From Nitrospiraceae bacterium (GTDB lineage: Bacteria; Nitrospirota; Nitrospiria; Nitrospirales; Nitrospiraceae): DNA of 64,000 nucleotides. Below the pieces are notes generated by a model. The model did no database searches. It was not told the origin of the DNA and saw only the letters and a program-made list of their open reading frames with translations. Below are positions 37,394 to 46,581 of the stretch, one piece after another. Within the stretch, counting starts at the first letter, position 1. Each line of letters starts with the position of its first letter. The translations under genes were made by a program, and so were the position numbers. The stretch lies in contig JBFWWG010000005.1 of the NCBI GenBank assembly GCA_050246315.1, forward strand, positions 96,001 through 160,000, in the 5' to 3' direction.

Positions 37394-37780
37394 TCACAGT
37401 GAGCCAATGGCGAGGCGAAGGCCTGCTAGCGTTGCGAAGACCGAAAAGTCGCGGTCGCGGGTGATGAGGGTGGCTTGGTGATCGAGGCAACTTTGCGCAA
37501 TCAGCGTATCGGCCAGATTGGCTCGGCGCCCGGTTCTCAAAACTTTGGCCCGAAGGAGGCCGGCTCGTTCCCAAAAGCCTGCCGTCACGGGAAGGGTCGG
37601 GATCTCAAGTATGGTCTGTCGCAACGCCGTCGTGAGACGCGGGTCGCTGAGGATCTCCGTGACTGTGACTGGTGACAGCACTCCTACTTGGTCGGCAAGG
37701 GCCTGATCTACGAATTCCACATCCGCCCCATCGTTGCCCTGCAAGTAGGCGATAAGAGAGCTTGTGTCGAGACAGAGCAT
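37394..37780 (-). CDS. vapC: VapC PIN-domain toxin
   Basis: CLDTSSLI, TVTEI, ADTLIAQSC, ITRDRDF. Confidence 0.93.
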   Translation of the reverse strand: MLCLDTSSLIAYLQGNDGADVEFVDQALADQVGVLSPVTVTEILSDPRLTTALRQTILEIPTLPVTAGFWERAGLLRAKVLRTGRRANLADTLIAQSCLDHQATLITRDRDFSVFATLAGLRLAIGSL

Positions 37781-37983
37781 CAGTCCTGTCGCAGCTCCGA
37801 GAGCTTGATCCCGAACTTCACTTTGCCTCGAAACCGCCGGAGTCGACCGTAAGCACCACCAGCAGCGACCAACTCTAATCCTCGTCTCACCGTGGGGGTC
37901 ACCCCTTCTCCGCTCGCGGTCGTGGCCCGTTCGAGCAGATCAGCAGGAACTTCCACCGTCAGTTTCCTGAGATTTGTACCCAT
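37780..37983 (-). CDS. VapB-like antitoxin (RHH-type)
   Basis: RKLTVEVPADLLERA..TPTVRRGLE; stop overlaps vapC start. Confidence 0.82.
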   Translation of the reverse strand: MGTNLRKLTVEVPADLLERATTASGEGVTPTVRRGLELVAAGGAYGRLRRFRGKVKFGIKLSELRQD

Positions 37984-38037
37984 GATGTCATTCCTTCCTT
38001 GCGGGGTGAGGCGTAGTGAAAGGTGTACCATATAGGA

Positions 38038-38057
38038 TCCCGTATGTACATACGGGA
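38038..38057. promoter_or_regulatory. Perfect 20-bp palindrome, likely vapBC operator
   Basis: tcccgtatgtacatacggga, 55 bp upstream of the antitoxin start. Confidence 0.7.
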
Positions 38058-38175
38058 CATCTGCGCCGCACCTCTCTTGTCCTGATCCAGGTCACATACG
38101 GAGAGGAGTTCACAGAATTCATTCAGGGGCAGAACGGCCAGCGGCGCAGCTCCGGCGATTCACCGTCACAGAAAA

Positions 38176-38668
38176 GGGGTCAGCTCTTGCAATCATATAT
38201 GCCCGCGCCTATTATCATGAGCCTATGACGCGTCCCCTTCGCAGTGCATGCTCCGGTGCCGTCTATCACGTGATGAGCCGCGGCAAGGCGCGACACGTGA
38301 TCATGGTCGATACTCGGTATTGGACGCAGTTCGTGACGCTTCTGCCCCACATGATCGATCGAAACGGCTGGCCCTGCCATGCGTAGTGTCTGATGGAGAA
38401 CCACTATCATCTTGTGCTGGAAACGGCCCAGGCGAATCTCTCCCAGGGCATGCGACGATTCAATGGACGGTACACTCAGGCCTGCAATCGCCGGCATGGT
38501 CGGGTTGGCCATCTGTTTCAAGGTCGATTCAAGGCGATTCTCGTGGAAAGGGCGCACTTGGTGGACTTGTGGCGATCTGTAGTGCTTAAAGCTGTCCGTG
38601 CGAAGCCAGCGACTCATGCCGGCTGAAGCAGATCGAGCAAGCCTATGCATCATTGCAAGACCTGACCC
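38176..38668. mobile_element. Defective RAYT element bounded by 17-bp inverted repeats
   Basis: ggggtcagctcttgcaat (38176-38193) / attgcaagacctgaccc (38652-38668). Confidence 0.8.
38225..38626 (+). pseudogene. REP-associated tyrosine (Y1 HUH) transposase, in-frame stop and C-terminal loss
   Basis: MTRPLR..GAVYHVMSRG..CHA*CLMENHYHL..NRRHGRVGHLFQGRFKAILVE; HUH = HYH; the usual Y...NPV and WSSY motifs are degenerate or absent. Confidence 0.9.
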
Positions 38669-38762
38669 TGTCATGGAGGACCGAGGTTGGGTCACCGTCC
38701 TGGCCGAGCCCGAGTGGCCCGTCCCGTTATGCCGTCCTTCATCTCTGGTCGGTGTGTAATCG

Positions 38763-38975
38763 AGGCCTGTCGGTGAGGGGCTGAGCATGATCGAAGGGCC
38801 GGCGTAAGTTGGCTCGAGGGCGGGATGGTCCGTCCTGCGACGCAGGTGGCGGCTGCTGTCCGACGCGACGTTCGTGCCTCGCACGGGACGTGGCTAGTTC
38901 AGCCGCCAAGGAGTATCCCGCCGAGAGCGCGCCGGCGCTTCGTGAGTTCTGCGCAAGTGCCTCACCGATAGGCCT
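38763..38975. mobile_element. MITE-like element with 16-bp TIR
   Basis: aggcctgtcggtgagg / cctcaccgataggcct (15/16); contains a REP-like ctgagcatgatcgaagg. Confidence 0.65.
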
Positions 38976-38982
38976 TGTCCTC

Positions 38983-39651
38983 CTAGACCGGCCACTTTTC
39001 CTCCGTCCATGCCATCTCCCAAAACATCCACTCATAGCGCGAGCTGATCACGAAGGCCTCTTCCATGCGGCGCCGTTCCTCGTGCCCGGCTGTTTTGGCC
39101 CAAAGGTCCACCTTGGTCCTCATCCAGCGTTGCACCTCGGCGAACTCGGGCGAGGCATAAAGCATCAGCCAGTTGCGGTAGGGATGACTTGGCTTCGGGG
39201 GACCCTGTTTGAGCAGGTGCTGCCCCACCACGCAATAGATCCAGGCGCAGGGGAGTGCCACGACCGCGATCTCACAGGCGGAACCGGCGGCCGCCACGGC
39301 GAGCATGTGCCGGGTATAGGCGTAATTGGTCGGAGCCATCGGTACGGAGGTCATCTGCGCCGCCGTCATCTTCCATTGCGTGCCGTAACTTTCGTGGAGG
39401 CTCCGCTCCACGACGATGGTTTCCTCCGACAACTTGCAGAAGCGCAGGGCTGATTCCGAATCGGGTGCCCGCTGCGCACCGGCTGCGAAGACGCGGGCGA
39501 GGTCGCCGAGAAACCGCGCGTCCTGGAGGATGTAGTAGCGAAATTTCCGCTTGGGCAGCGTGCCGTTCCCCAGTGCCACGACGAAGGGGTGGCGAAGTTG
39601 CGCCTTCCAGATGGGCTCGGCCAGTTTGCGCAAACGGGCTGAAAACAACAT
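38983..39651 (-). CDS. tenA: Thiaminase II
   Basis: HPFV..GTL..FRYYILQD, PTNYAYT, LPCAWIY, SSRYEWMFWEMA. Confidence 0.95.
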   Translation of the reverse strand: MLFSARLRKLAEPIWKAQLRHPFVVALGNGTLPKRKFRYYILQDARFLGDLARVFAAGAQRAPDSESALRFCKLSEETIVVERSLHESYGTQWKMTAAQMTSVPMAPTNYAYTRHMLAVAAAGSACEIAVVALPCAWIYCVVGQHLLKQGPPKPSHPYRNWLMLYASPEFAEVQRWMRTKVDLWAKTAGHEERRRMEEAFVISSRYEWMFWEMAWTEEKWPV

Positions 39652-39687
39652 GAATACTCCCTCTTCACTTCAGGAACGTTTTAACCA

Positions 39688-39759
39688 ATGACATGTGACG
39701 AATGACTTCCTGTCGTCTGCCAATGACGAATGACGCTTCCCGAATGACGTTTGACGAAT
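39688..39759. repeat. Heptamer repeats (AATGACG-type)
   Basis: aatgacatgtgacgaatgac..aatgacgaatgacg..gaatgacgtttgacgaat. Confidence 0.75.
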
Positions 39760-41190
39760 CTACACCCGAGGCGCCCAGGGTCGCGGCAGCCGGTTCATTC
39801 CGTCCAGCGCGGCTACACGGTAACATTCGGCCAAGGTCGGGTAGTTGAAGACGGTATCGATAAAGTACTCGATCGTGCCCTTGAGCGCCATCACCGCTTG
39901 GCCGATATGGATTAATTCGGTGGCCCCTTCGCCGATGACATGGACGCCGAGCAGTTCGTGGGTGTTGGGCTGGAAGAGGAGTTTCAGCATGCCGGTCTCA
40001 TCCCCGATCAACTGGCCCCGCGCGATCTCGCGATAGCGGGCGATCCCCACGGCATAGGGGACCCCCGCTTCGGTGAGCTGGTCCTCATTTCGCCCCACCA
40101 TGGAAATTTCCGGGATTGAATAGATGCCGTAGGGCAGCAGCCTGGTTTCGAGCTGGCTGGGAAGTCCGAACGCATGGCAGGAGGCCAGCCGTCCCTGTTG
40201 CATGGAGGTGGATGCCAAGGCCGGGAATCCGATGACATCGCCGACAGCATAGACATGCGGCAGCTCGGTCTGGAAGCACGCGTTGACCTTGATCCGCCCC
40301 CGTTCGTCGGGTGTAATGCCCACGGCGGGAAGATTCAGACCGTCGGTCGAGCCCATGCGACCGACGGCATACAACACGGTCGAGGCGGGAATTTCCTTCC
40401 CGCTGTGTAGCCGGACGATCACCTCGTCTTCTCCCCGCTTCTCGATGGCAACGACGGCTTCGTTCAACCGCGGCCAGACCCCGATGCTGCGCATGTGGTA
40501 CTGCAAGGCTTCGATAATCTCGGCGTCCACGAATTCCAACAGCCGAGGGCGTCGTTCGATGAGGACGACATGAATCCCGATGGCGGCCAAGATCGAGGCG
40601 TATTCGGTGCCGATGACGCCGCCCCCGATAATCGTGAGCGATTTCGGCAGGCGTTTGAGAGCGAGCAGGTCATCGGTATCGATCACGGTTTGCCCGTCGA
40701 AGGGAATGTGGGACGGCCGTGCCGGTCTTGTTCCGACCGCGATGACGATGAAGTCGGCGTGGTGTTCGATCAGCTCGCCCGAGTCCGCCGACTCCGGCGT
40801 GGCGCCGGTGCGATGAATGTGCAGCCGGTGGTCGTCGTGAAACCGTGCAGTCCCAAAGATCATGTCCACACGATTGCGTTCCATTTGGTTCTGGATGACT
40901 TCGACCTCGCGCTGAATCACATGGTGAGCTCGGAGGGTCAGGTCCTCCATCGTGACGTCGTGCTTGACGCGATAGCTCTCTCCGTAGAGGCCGCGCTGGT
41001 GGAACCCGGAGAGAAACAGCACCGCTTCGCGAAGAGATTTGCTCGGGATCGTGCCGGTGTTGAGACACACGCCCCCCACCACCTCGCGACGATCGATGAG
41101 ACCGACCTTCTTGCCGAGCTTGGAGGCTTGGATTGCGGCCTTTTGGCCGGCGGGTCCGCTGCCGATGACCAGCATGTCGTAATGCGCCAT
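39760..41190 (-). CDS. sthA: Soluble pyridine nucleotide transhydrogenase
   Basis: GSGPAGQKAA, GGVCLNTGTIPSK (CxxxGT), GFPALASTSMQQGR, FNYPTLAE. Confidence 0.95.
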   Translation of the reverse strand: MAHYDMLVIGSGPAGQKAAIQASKLGKKVGLIDRREVVGGVCLNTGTIPSKSLREAVLFLSGFHQRGLYGESYRVKHDVTMEDLTLRAHHVIQREVEVIQNQMERNRVDMIFGTARFHDDHRLHIHRTGATPESADSGELIEHHADFIVIAVGTRPARPSHIPFDGQTVIDTDDLLALKRLPKSLTIIGGGVIGTEYASILAAIGIHVVLIERRPRLLEFVDAEIIEALQYHMRSIGVWPRLNEAVVAIEKRGEDEVIVRLHSGKEIPASTVLYAVGRMGSTDGLNLPAVGITPDERGRIKVNACFQTELPHVYAVGDVIGFPALASTSMQQGRLASCHAFGLPSQLETRLLPYGIYSIPEISMVGRNEDQLTEAGVPYAVGIARYREIARGQLIGDETGMLKLLFQPNTHELLGVHVIGEGATELIHIGQAVMALKGTIEYFIDTVFNYPTLAECYRVAALDGMNRLPRPWAPRV

Positions 41191-41257
41191 AAACCTCTCG
41201 GGTTAGAGTGGGGAGGCAATCGCCCGTCTGTGCGGACCCTGTCCGGCCGCCGCTCCC

Positions 41258-41941
41258 TCAGCTCGCGTTGATCAGCGAGCGCGCGTATCGGAACGCGTTG
41301 TCCATGTCTGGGAGCTGACCCAGATCCGGCGTCAGTTGGAGATGGCGGATGGTATTGTCCTTGTCCACGACCAGGATCGCCCGAGTCAGAATGTGGGGAT
41401 CCTTGAGGAAGAGGCCGTGGGCTTTGCCGAACGCAGCCTCACGATAATCGGAGAGAAAGGTGACGTTGGTGATCTTCGCCTCCTCCGCGAAACGCTTCTG
41501 GGCAAAGGGGGTATCGATGCTGATCGTGATGAGTTCGATCATCCGGTCCAAGCCGTTGTTTTTCTCGCTGAGGTAATGAGTCTGCTGTTCACACACTTTG
41601 GTGTCGAGCGACGGCACCACGCTGATGATCCGCACCTTCCCCTTGCCCTCGGTTCCCGCGATATGGACCAACGAGAGATCGGATTTGGTCACGAGGGCGT
41701 CGCGCAGCTTGTCTCCCGCCTTGATCTCCGGGCCGGACAGGGGGGTCGCTTTGCCGAACAGGGTCACGCTGTGTCCCTCTCCAGCCAGGGCGGAGGCTTG
41801 AGAGACCGGCAGATTCTTATACATGAATCCCGATTCCACGGACTTGCCCATGCCAGCACAGCCGGTACAGGCAAGCAGGAGCCCGGCTGCGATCAGTGAT
41901 GAAGGACGAGCATGCGCGCGTGCGATCGAGATCCGTGTCAT
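41258..41941 (-). CDS. tpx: Tpx-family thiol peroxidase, lipoprotein
   Basis: PSLDTKVCEQQT, SIDTPFAQKRF; lipobox CTGC. Confidence 0.9.
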   Translation of the reverse strand: MTRISIARAHARPSSLIAAGLLLACTGCAGMGKSVESGFMYKNLPVSQASALAGEGHSVTLFGKATPLSGPEIKAGDKLRDALVTKSDLSLVHIAGTEGKGKVRIISVVPSLDTKVCEQQTHYLSEKNNGLDRMIELITISIDTPFAQKRFAEEAKITNVTFLSDYREAAFGKAHGLFLKDPHILTRAILVVDKDNTIRHLQLTPDLGQLPDMDNAFRYARSLINAS

Positions 41942-42009
41942 AGGTCTACCTCCTTTGCTTCAGGATGGTGAGCTGTCGGTCCCATAGTGTGGCGGGCTTT
42001 CGCATCATG

Positions 42010-42945
42010 TCAAGGTTCCAGAAACGCACGGATTGCTTGATTGACCGGCTCCGGCTGTTCCCACTGCGGGATGTGGCCCGCTCGGGGAACGAGCATGAGC
42101 CTCGATGCGGCGATCGTCTCGGACAACGATCGCCCCACCGCAGAAGGGAAGATCCGGTCTTCTTCGCCCCAGATAATCAGTGCGGGCTGACGGATTTCGC
42201 GCAGGCGAGGGGCATAGCGTGACTCCCAATCCGGCAATGTTTTCCCGATGGCCAGAATCGGCCCGATGAGCCCCGGCTGTCGCCGGTTGCGAGCGGATCG
42301 ATCGAGCACGGCTGGGGTGATCAACGACTGGTCATAGATGATCTCGTGCAAGACCTTTTCGCCGACGGAGGAGCCTAGGAGCGTGGCGCCCAGCTCGGCG
42401 AGCCAGAGCGGAAGCGAGGAATCCAGCGCCTTCCGGACTAGCGGACTGGCCAATTGTCCCTTGATATCGGCCGGCAACCCGCTGATGAGGATCAATCGCT
42501 CTACCCGTTCCGGCGCGGTCAGCGCCGCGGCAAGCGCCACCCCGGCCCCCATGGAATTGCCGATCAACGTGGCCTTGGGAATGGCCAATTGGTCCATGAA
42601 TCCCAAGAAAAACCCGAGTACCTCCTGTGGGCGATATTCCAATGCCGGCTTATCGGAAAAGCCGGAGCCCAAGAGATCGAGCGTAATGACGCGGTAGCCG
42701 TGATGCGACAAGGACTGCTGGTATTCCCATTGCCATAGCGACCCGCCGAACCCATGGATCAGGATCAGAATCGGCCCGGTTCCCTGATCGAGGTAGGCCA
42801 GACGGTACCCGTTGACCTTAACGGTCCGCACGGGCATGCGGGAGAGGGCGTCGAACCACGGCGGAATCTGCGGACTGGAGCAGGAGGCGAACAGACAGAG
42901 GGCGAGCAGCGACCAGAGCGGCAGGATGAGCGTAGGAGTGTTCAC
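42010..42945 (-). CDS. Alpha/beta hydrolase, lipoprotein
   Basis: Lipobox FASC; IHGFGG, GNSMG, WGEED, AGHIPQWE. Confidence 0.92.
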   Translation of the reverse strand: MNTPTLILPLWSLLALCLFASCSSPQIPPWFDALSRMPVRTVKVNGYRLAYLDQGTGPILILIHGFGGSLWQWEYQQSLSHHGYRVITLDLLGSGFSDKPALEYRPQEVLGFFLGFMDQLAIPKATLIGNSMGAGVALAAALTAPERVERLILISGLPADIKGQLASPLVRKALDSSLPLWLAELGATLLGSSVGEKVLHEIIYDQSLITPAVLDRSARNRRQPGLIGPILAIGKTLPDWESRYAPRLREIRQPALIIWGEEDRIFPSAVGRSLSETIAASRLMLVPRAGHIPQWEQPEPVNQAIRAFLEP

Positions 42946-42984
42946 TCGACGAGATCGAGCGCGGACCGTGGTGCGCCTGCGTCG

Positions 42985-44928
42985 CTATTCCAACTGGACG
43001 AGCGTTTCGTCCGTCTTGACGTTATCGCCCTCGGCGGCATAGACGGCCGAGACACGACCGTCGATCGGAGCCGGGACTCGGCTTTCCATCTTCATGGCCT
43101 CGATGATCAACAAGGGATCGCCCGCTTTGACGGCATCGCCCACCGACACGAGCACCTTCACAACTCGGCCCGGCATGGGGGGGGCCACATCTCCCGGCTT
43201 GAGCGGCTTGGGGCGCTTCGGCGTTTTCGAAGGTTGGGTATCAGCCTCGGGCACGCCGGCCAGCACTTCCTGGAGCGGCTCCAGCGTCACCTCTTCCAGC
43301 TTTTCATTGACGCGAATGTAGTAGGGACGCTTCCCATCCACCTTGCGGCCGGAGCCGGAGACGTGGATGTGGTAGGTCTCGCCATGGACGGAGACCAGGA
43401 ATTCCGCCGGCGCCAGATGCAACTCCGCTGCGGCGCTTGGTCCTTTCTCGGAGCGAGGAGTCAATTCTTCCGGTTTGAGTTCGCCCCGCGCCCGCTCCTC
43501 GAAGAATTCCCGTGCGATGGCCGGGAAGAGGGCGAATGACAACTGATCCTCCAGCGTGGCGGCTGTCGCCGGCATCTCCTCGGCGAGCGTCTCCAATTCC
43601 GGCTCCAGCCGATCGGCGGGACGGCCGCGAATCGGCTCCTCGTCGCCAATGGCCTTGGCCTGGATTTCCCGGTCGATGCCGCCGGGCGCTTTGCCGTAAA
43701 GACCGAGGAAATAATTCTTGGTCTCGGTCGTAATAACTTGATAGCGCTCGCCGGTGAGGACGTTCAGCGTGGCCTGGGTGCCGACGATCTGGCTGGTGGG
43801 CGTGACCAGCGGGGGATAGCCCATCTCCTTCCTCACGCGCGGTACCTCGTCGAGCACTTCCTTCATGCGATCGAGGGCGTTTTGCTCGGTGAGTTGGGCG
43901 GCTAGATTCGACAGCATACCGCCCGGGATCTGCGATGTGAGAATCTCGGCGTCCACGCCCGTGAAGTCGCTCTCGAATTGCTGATACTTCCGTCTCACTG
44001 TCCGGAAATGATCGGCGATGGGCTCCAGACGGCGCAGATCGAGGCCGGTGTCGTACGGTGTGCCGTGGAGGGCAGCCACGAGTGTTTCGGTCGGAGGGTG
44101 GGAGGTGCCTCCGGCCAGCGGTGAGATCGCCGTATCCAACATGTCCAGACCGGCCAGGATAGCCATGAACGACGCCATAGAGGCCATGCCGGACGTGTAA
44201 TGGGTATGGAGATGGATCGGAACGCTGACGGAGGATTTGAGACGTTTAATGAGCTGATAGGCCTCCAGCGGGGCCAGCAAGCCCGCCATGTCCTTGACAC
44301 AGAGGGTGTCCGTTCCCATGTCTTCGAACCGTTTGGCCAAATCCACGAAACGATCCAGGCTATGGACCGGACTGACGGTGTAACAAATCGCGGCTTCCGC
44401 GTGTTTGCCGTTGGATTTGACCTCGCGAATCGCGCGGTCCACGTTCCGCACGTCGTTGAGGGCGTCGAACACCCGGAACACGTCGATGCCGTTGGTCGCA
44501 GACCGCTCGATGAATTTCTCCAGCACGTCATCGGCGTAATGCCGGTAGCCGACGATGTTCTGTCCTCGCAGCAGCATCTGCAGCCTGGTATTGGGCATGG
44601 CTGCCCGCAGTGCGCGCAGCCGTGCCCAGGGATCTTCTTTGAGAAAGCGGAGGCAGGTGTCGAATGTCGCCCCACCCCAGACCTCCAGCGACCAGTAGCC
44701 GACCGCGTCGAGCTTCTGGGCGATGGAGAGCATGTCCTCCGTCCGCATCCGGGTGGCCAGCAGCGATTGGTGGCCGTCGCGCAGCGCCACATCGGTGATG
44801 TGCAAGGTCTTGCTCGGGGCGGGCTGGAGGCGGAGCGGAGCCGCCGCTTGCAGCCGAGTCCTGTCCTTCCGTGCGGCCCGTCGAACCGTGGTCGGACGAG
44901 AAGCTCTCTTTTTCGATGCGCGTGCCAT
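42985..44928 (-). CDS. pycB: Pyruvate carboxylase subunit B (carboxyltransferase + biotin carrier); 2-oxoglutarate carboxylase large subunit not excluded
   Basis: LRDGHQSLLATR, WGGATFD, KDMAG, HLHTH, LVTPTSQIVG, EAMKM. Confidence 0.85.
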   Translation of the reverse strand: MARASKKRASRPTTVRRAARKDRTRLQAAAPLRLQPAPSKTLHITDVALRDGHQSLLATRMRTEDMLSIAQKLDAVGYWSLEVWGGATFDTCLRFLKEDPWARLRALRAAMPNTRLQMLLRGQNIVGYRHYADDVLEKFIERSATNGIDVFRVFDALNDVRNVDRAIREVKSNGKHAEAAICYTVSPVHSLDRFVDLAKRFEDMGTDTLCVKDMAGLLAPLEAYQLIKRLKSSVSVPIHLHTHYTSGMASMASFMAILAGLDMLDTAISPLAGGTSHPPTETLVAALHGTPYDTGLDLRRLEPIADHFRTVRRKYQQFESDFTGVDAEILTSQIPGGMLSNLAAQLTEQNALDRMKEVLDEVPRVRKEMGYPPLVTPTSQIVGTQATLNVLTGERYQVITTETKNYFLGLYGKAPGGIDREIQAKAIGDEEPIRGRPADRLEPELETLAEEMPATAATLEDQLSFALFPAIAREFFEERARGELKPEELTPRSEKGPSAAAELHLAPAEFLVSVHGETYHIHVSGSGRKVDGKRPYYIRVNEKLEEVTLEPLQEVLAGVPEADTQPSKTPKRPKPLKPGDVAPPMPGRVVKVLVSVGDAVKAGDPLLIIEAMKMESRVPAPIDGRVSAVYAAEGDNVKTDETLVQLE

Positions 44929-44951
44929 AGCGGGAATGGGGCGAGGTTCGA

Positions 44952-46370
44952 TTACAGTCCTTCGTGGGCGGCGATGGCGGCAGAGATGGCGAGCACCAGA
45001 TCCTCCGGCTCAACGGTGTCCTCGTAATCGAGCAACTGGGGATGCATTTCGATGTAGGAGGTGTCGAATCGTCCTCCGCGGAAATCCGGGTCCTGCATGA
45101 TCGCCTTCATATAAGGAATCGTCGTCTTCACGCCGCGGAGCACGTATTCTTCCAGCGACCGGTGCATGCGGCTGACCGATTCCTCCCAGGTGCGTCCCCG
45201 CACCGTCAGTTTGGCCAACAGCGGGTCGTAGTATGGAGGAATGGTGTAGCCCTTATAGACGGCCCCGTCGATCCGCACACCGATGCCGCCCGGAGAGAGA
45301 TAGGCTGTCACCGTTCCCGTGCAGGGCCGGAAGTTATTCTTCGGATCTTCCGCATTGATGCGACATTGAATCGCGTAGGCAATAAAGTGGACGTCCGATT
45401 GGGTGACGTCCAGCGGCTCGCCGGCGGCGATGGTGATCTGCGCCCGCACGATATCGATGGCGGTGATCTGCTCGGTCACGGTGTGCTCCACCTGCACCCG
45501 CGGATTCATTTCAATAAAGTAGTAGCGGCCGTCTTGATCGAGGAGGAACTCCACCGTCCCGGCATTGTCGTATACCACCGCCTTGGCCAGTCTGGCCGCC
45601 GCGGCCCCCATTTCCTCTCGAAGAGCCGGCGTGAGGACCAAGGATGGCGCGATCTCGATCAGCTTCTGGTGGCGGCGCTGGATCGAACAGTCTCGTTCGC
45701 CCAAGTGAATGATGTTGCCGTGACGATCGCCCAAGATCTGAAACTCGATGTGGTGCGGGCGCTCAATGTATTTTTCGATAAAGACGCTCCCGTCCCCGAA
45801 CGACGCCAAGGCTTCGCGCGAACAGGTGTCCATCTGATCGCGGAGTTCGTCGTCGGAACGCACCACCCGCAATCCGCGCCCTCCCCCTCCGGCGCTGGCC
45901 TTGATGATCACGGGATAGCCGACCTTTTGCGCGAAGATCAACCCCTCACGAACGTCTGAGATCCCTCCCTCGGTCCCCGGCACGATCGGCACACCCACGC
46001 TCTCGGCCAACTTGCGGGCTTCAACCTTGTTCCCCATCAAATGAATTGTTTGGGGCGACGGCCCGACAAAGGTGATACCCGAAGCTTGGCACAGGGTGGC
46101 AAACTCGGCATTCTCCGCCAGGAACCCGTATCCGGGGTGAATGGCGTCCGCCCCGACCCGTTTGGCCAAGGCCACGATCTGGGGCCCGTCCAGGAAACCT
46201 TTGACCGGCCCCGGTCCGACTTGGTAGGCCTCGTCGGCTTTCTTGACATAGATGCCGGTAGAATCGGCTTCGGAATAGATGGCCACGGTCGGGATGTTCA
46301 ATTCTCGACACGCGCGGATGATGCGCATGGCGATCTCGCCTCGATTGGCCACCAGGATCTTCTTAAACAT
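44952..46370 (-). CDS. pycA: Biotin carboxylase subunit A of the same enzyme
   Basis: MFKKILVANRGEIA, HPGYGFLAEN, GGGGRG, RDCSIQRRHQK, EMNPRVQVEH. Confidence 0.85.
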   Translation of the reverse strand: MFKKILVANRGEIAMRIIRACRELNIPTVAIYSEADSTGIYVKKADEAYQVGPGPVKGFLDGPQIVALAKRVGADAIHPGYGFLAENAEFATLCQASGITFVGPSPQTIHLMGNKVEARKLAESVGVPIVPGTEGGISDVREGLIFAQKVGYPVIIKASAGGGGRGLRVVRSDDELRDQMDTCSREALASFGDGSVFIEKYIERPHHIEFQILGDRHGNIIHLGERDCSIQRRHQKLIEIAPSLVLTPALREEMGAAAARLAKAVVYDNAGTVEFLLDQDGRYYFIEMNPRVQVEHTVTEQITAIDIVRAQITIAAGEPLDVTQSDVHFIAYAIQCRINAEDPKNNFRPCTGTVTAYLSPGGIGVRIDGAVYKGYTIPPYYDPLLAKLTVRGRTWEESVSRMHRSLEEYVLRGVKTTIPYMKAIMQDPDFRGGRFDTSYIEMHPQLLDYEDTVEPEDLVLAISAAIAAHEGL

Positions 46371-46581
46371 ATTGAAGCGACAAGAAATATCTGGACGGCG
46401 TGCCGGTGCGCCGATGCCGCCCGGCCCGGGGAAAAACCGGCGTAAGGTAGCATACCGGGGTAGGGAAGTCGAGAAGTTGGAGGGCGAAAGGACGGATGCG
46501 TGAGCGGCGGATGTTGGTGCCGGCTGGACGCGATGGAACGGGGAGGGCCGAATGCCGAACCCTCCCACCATCCGTACGTTG

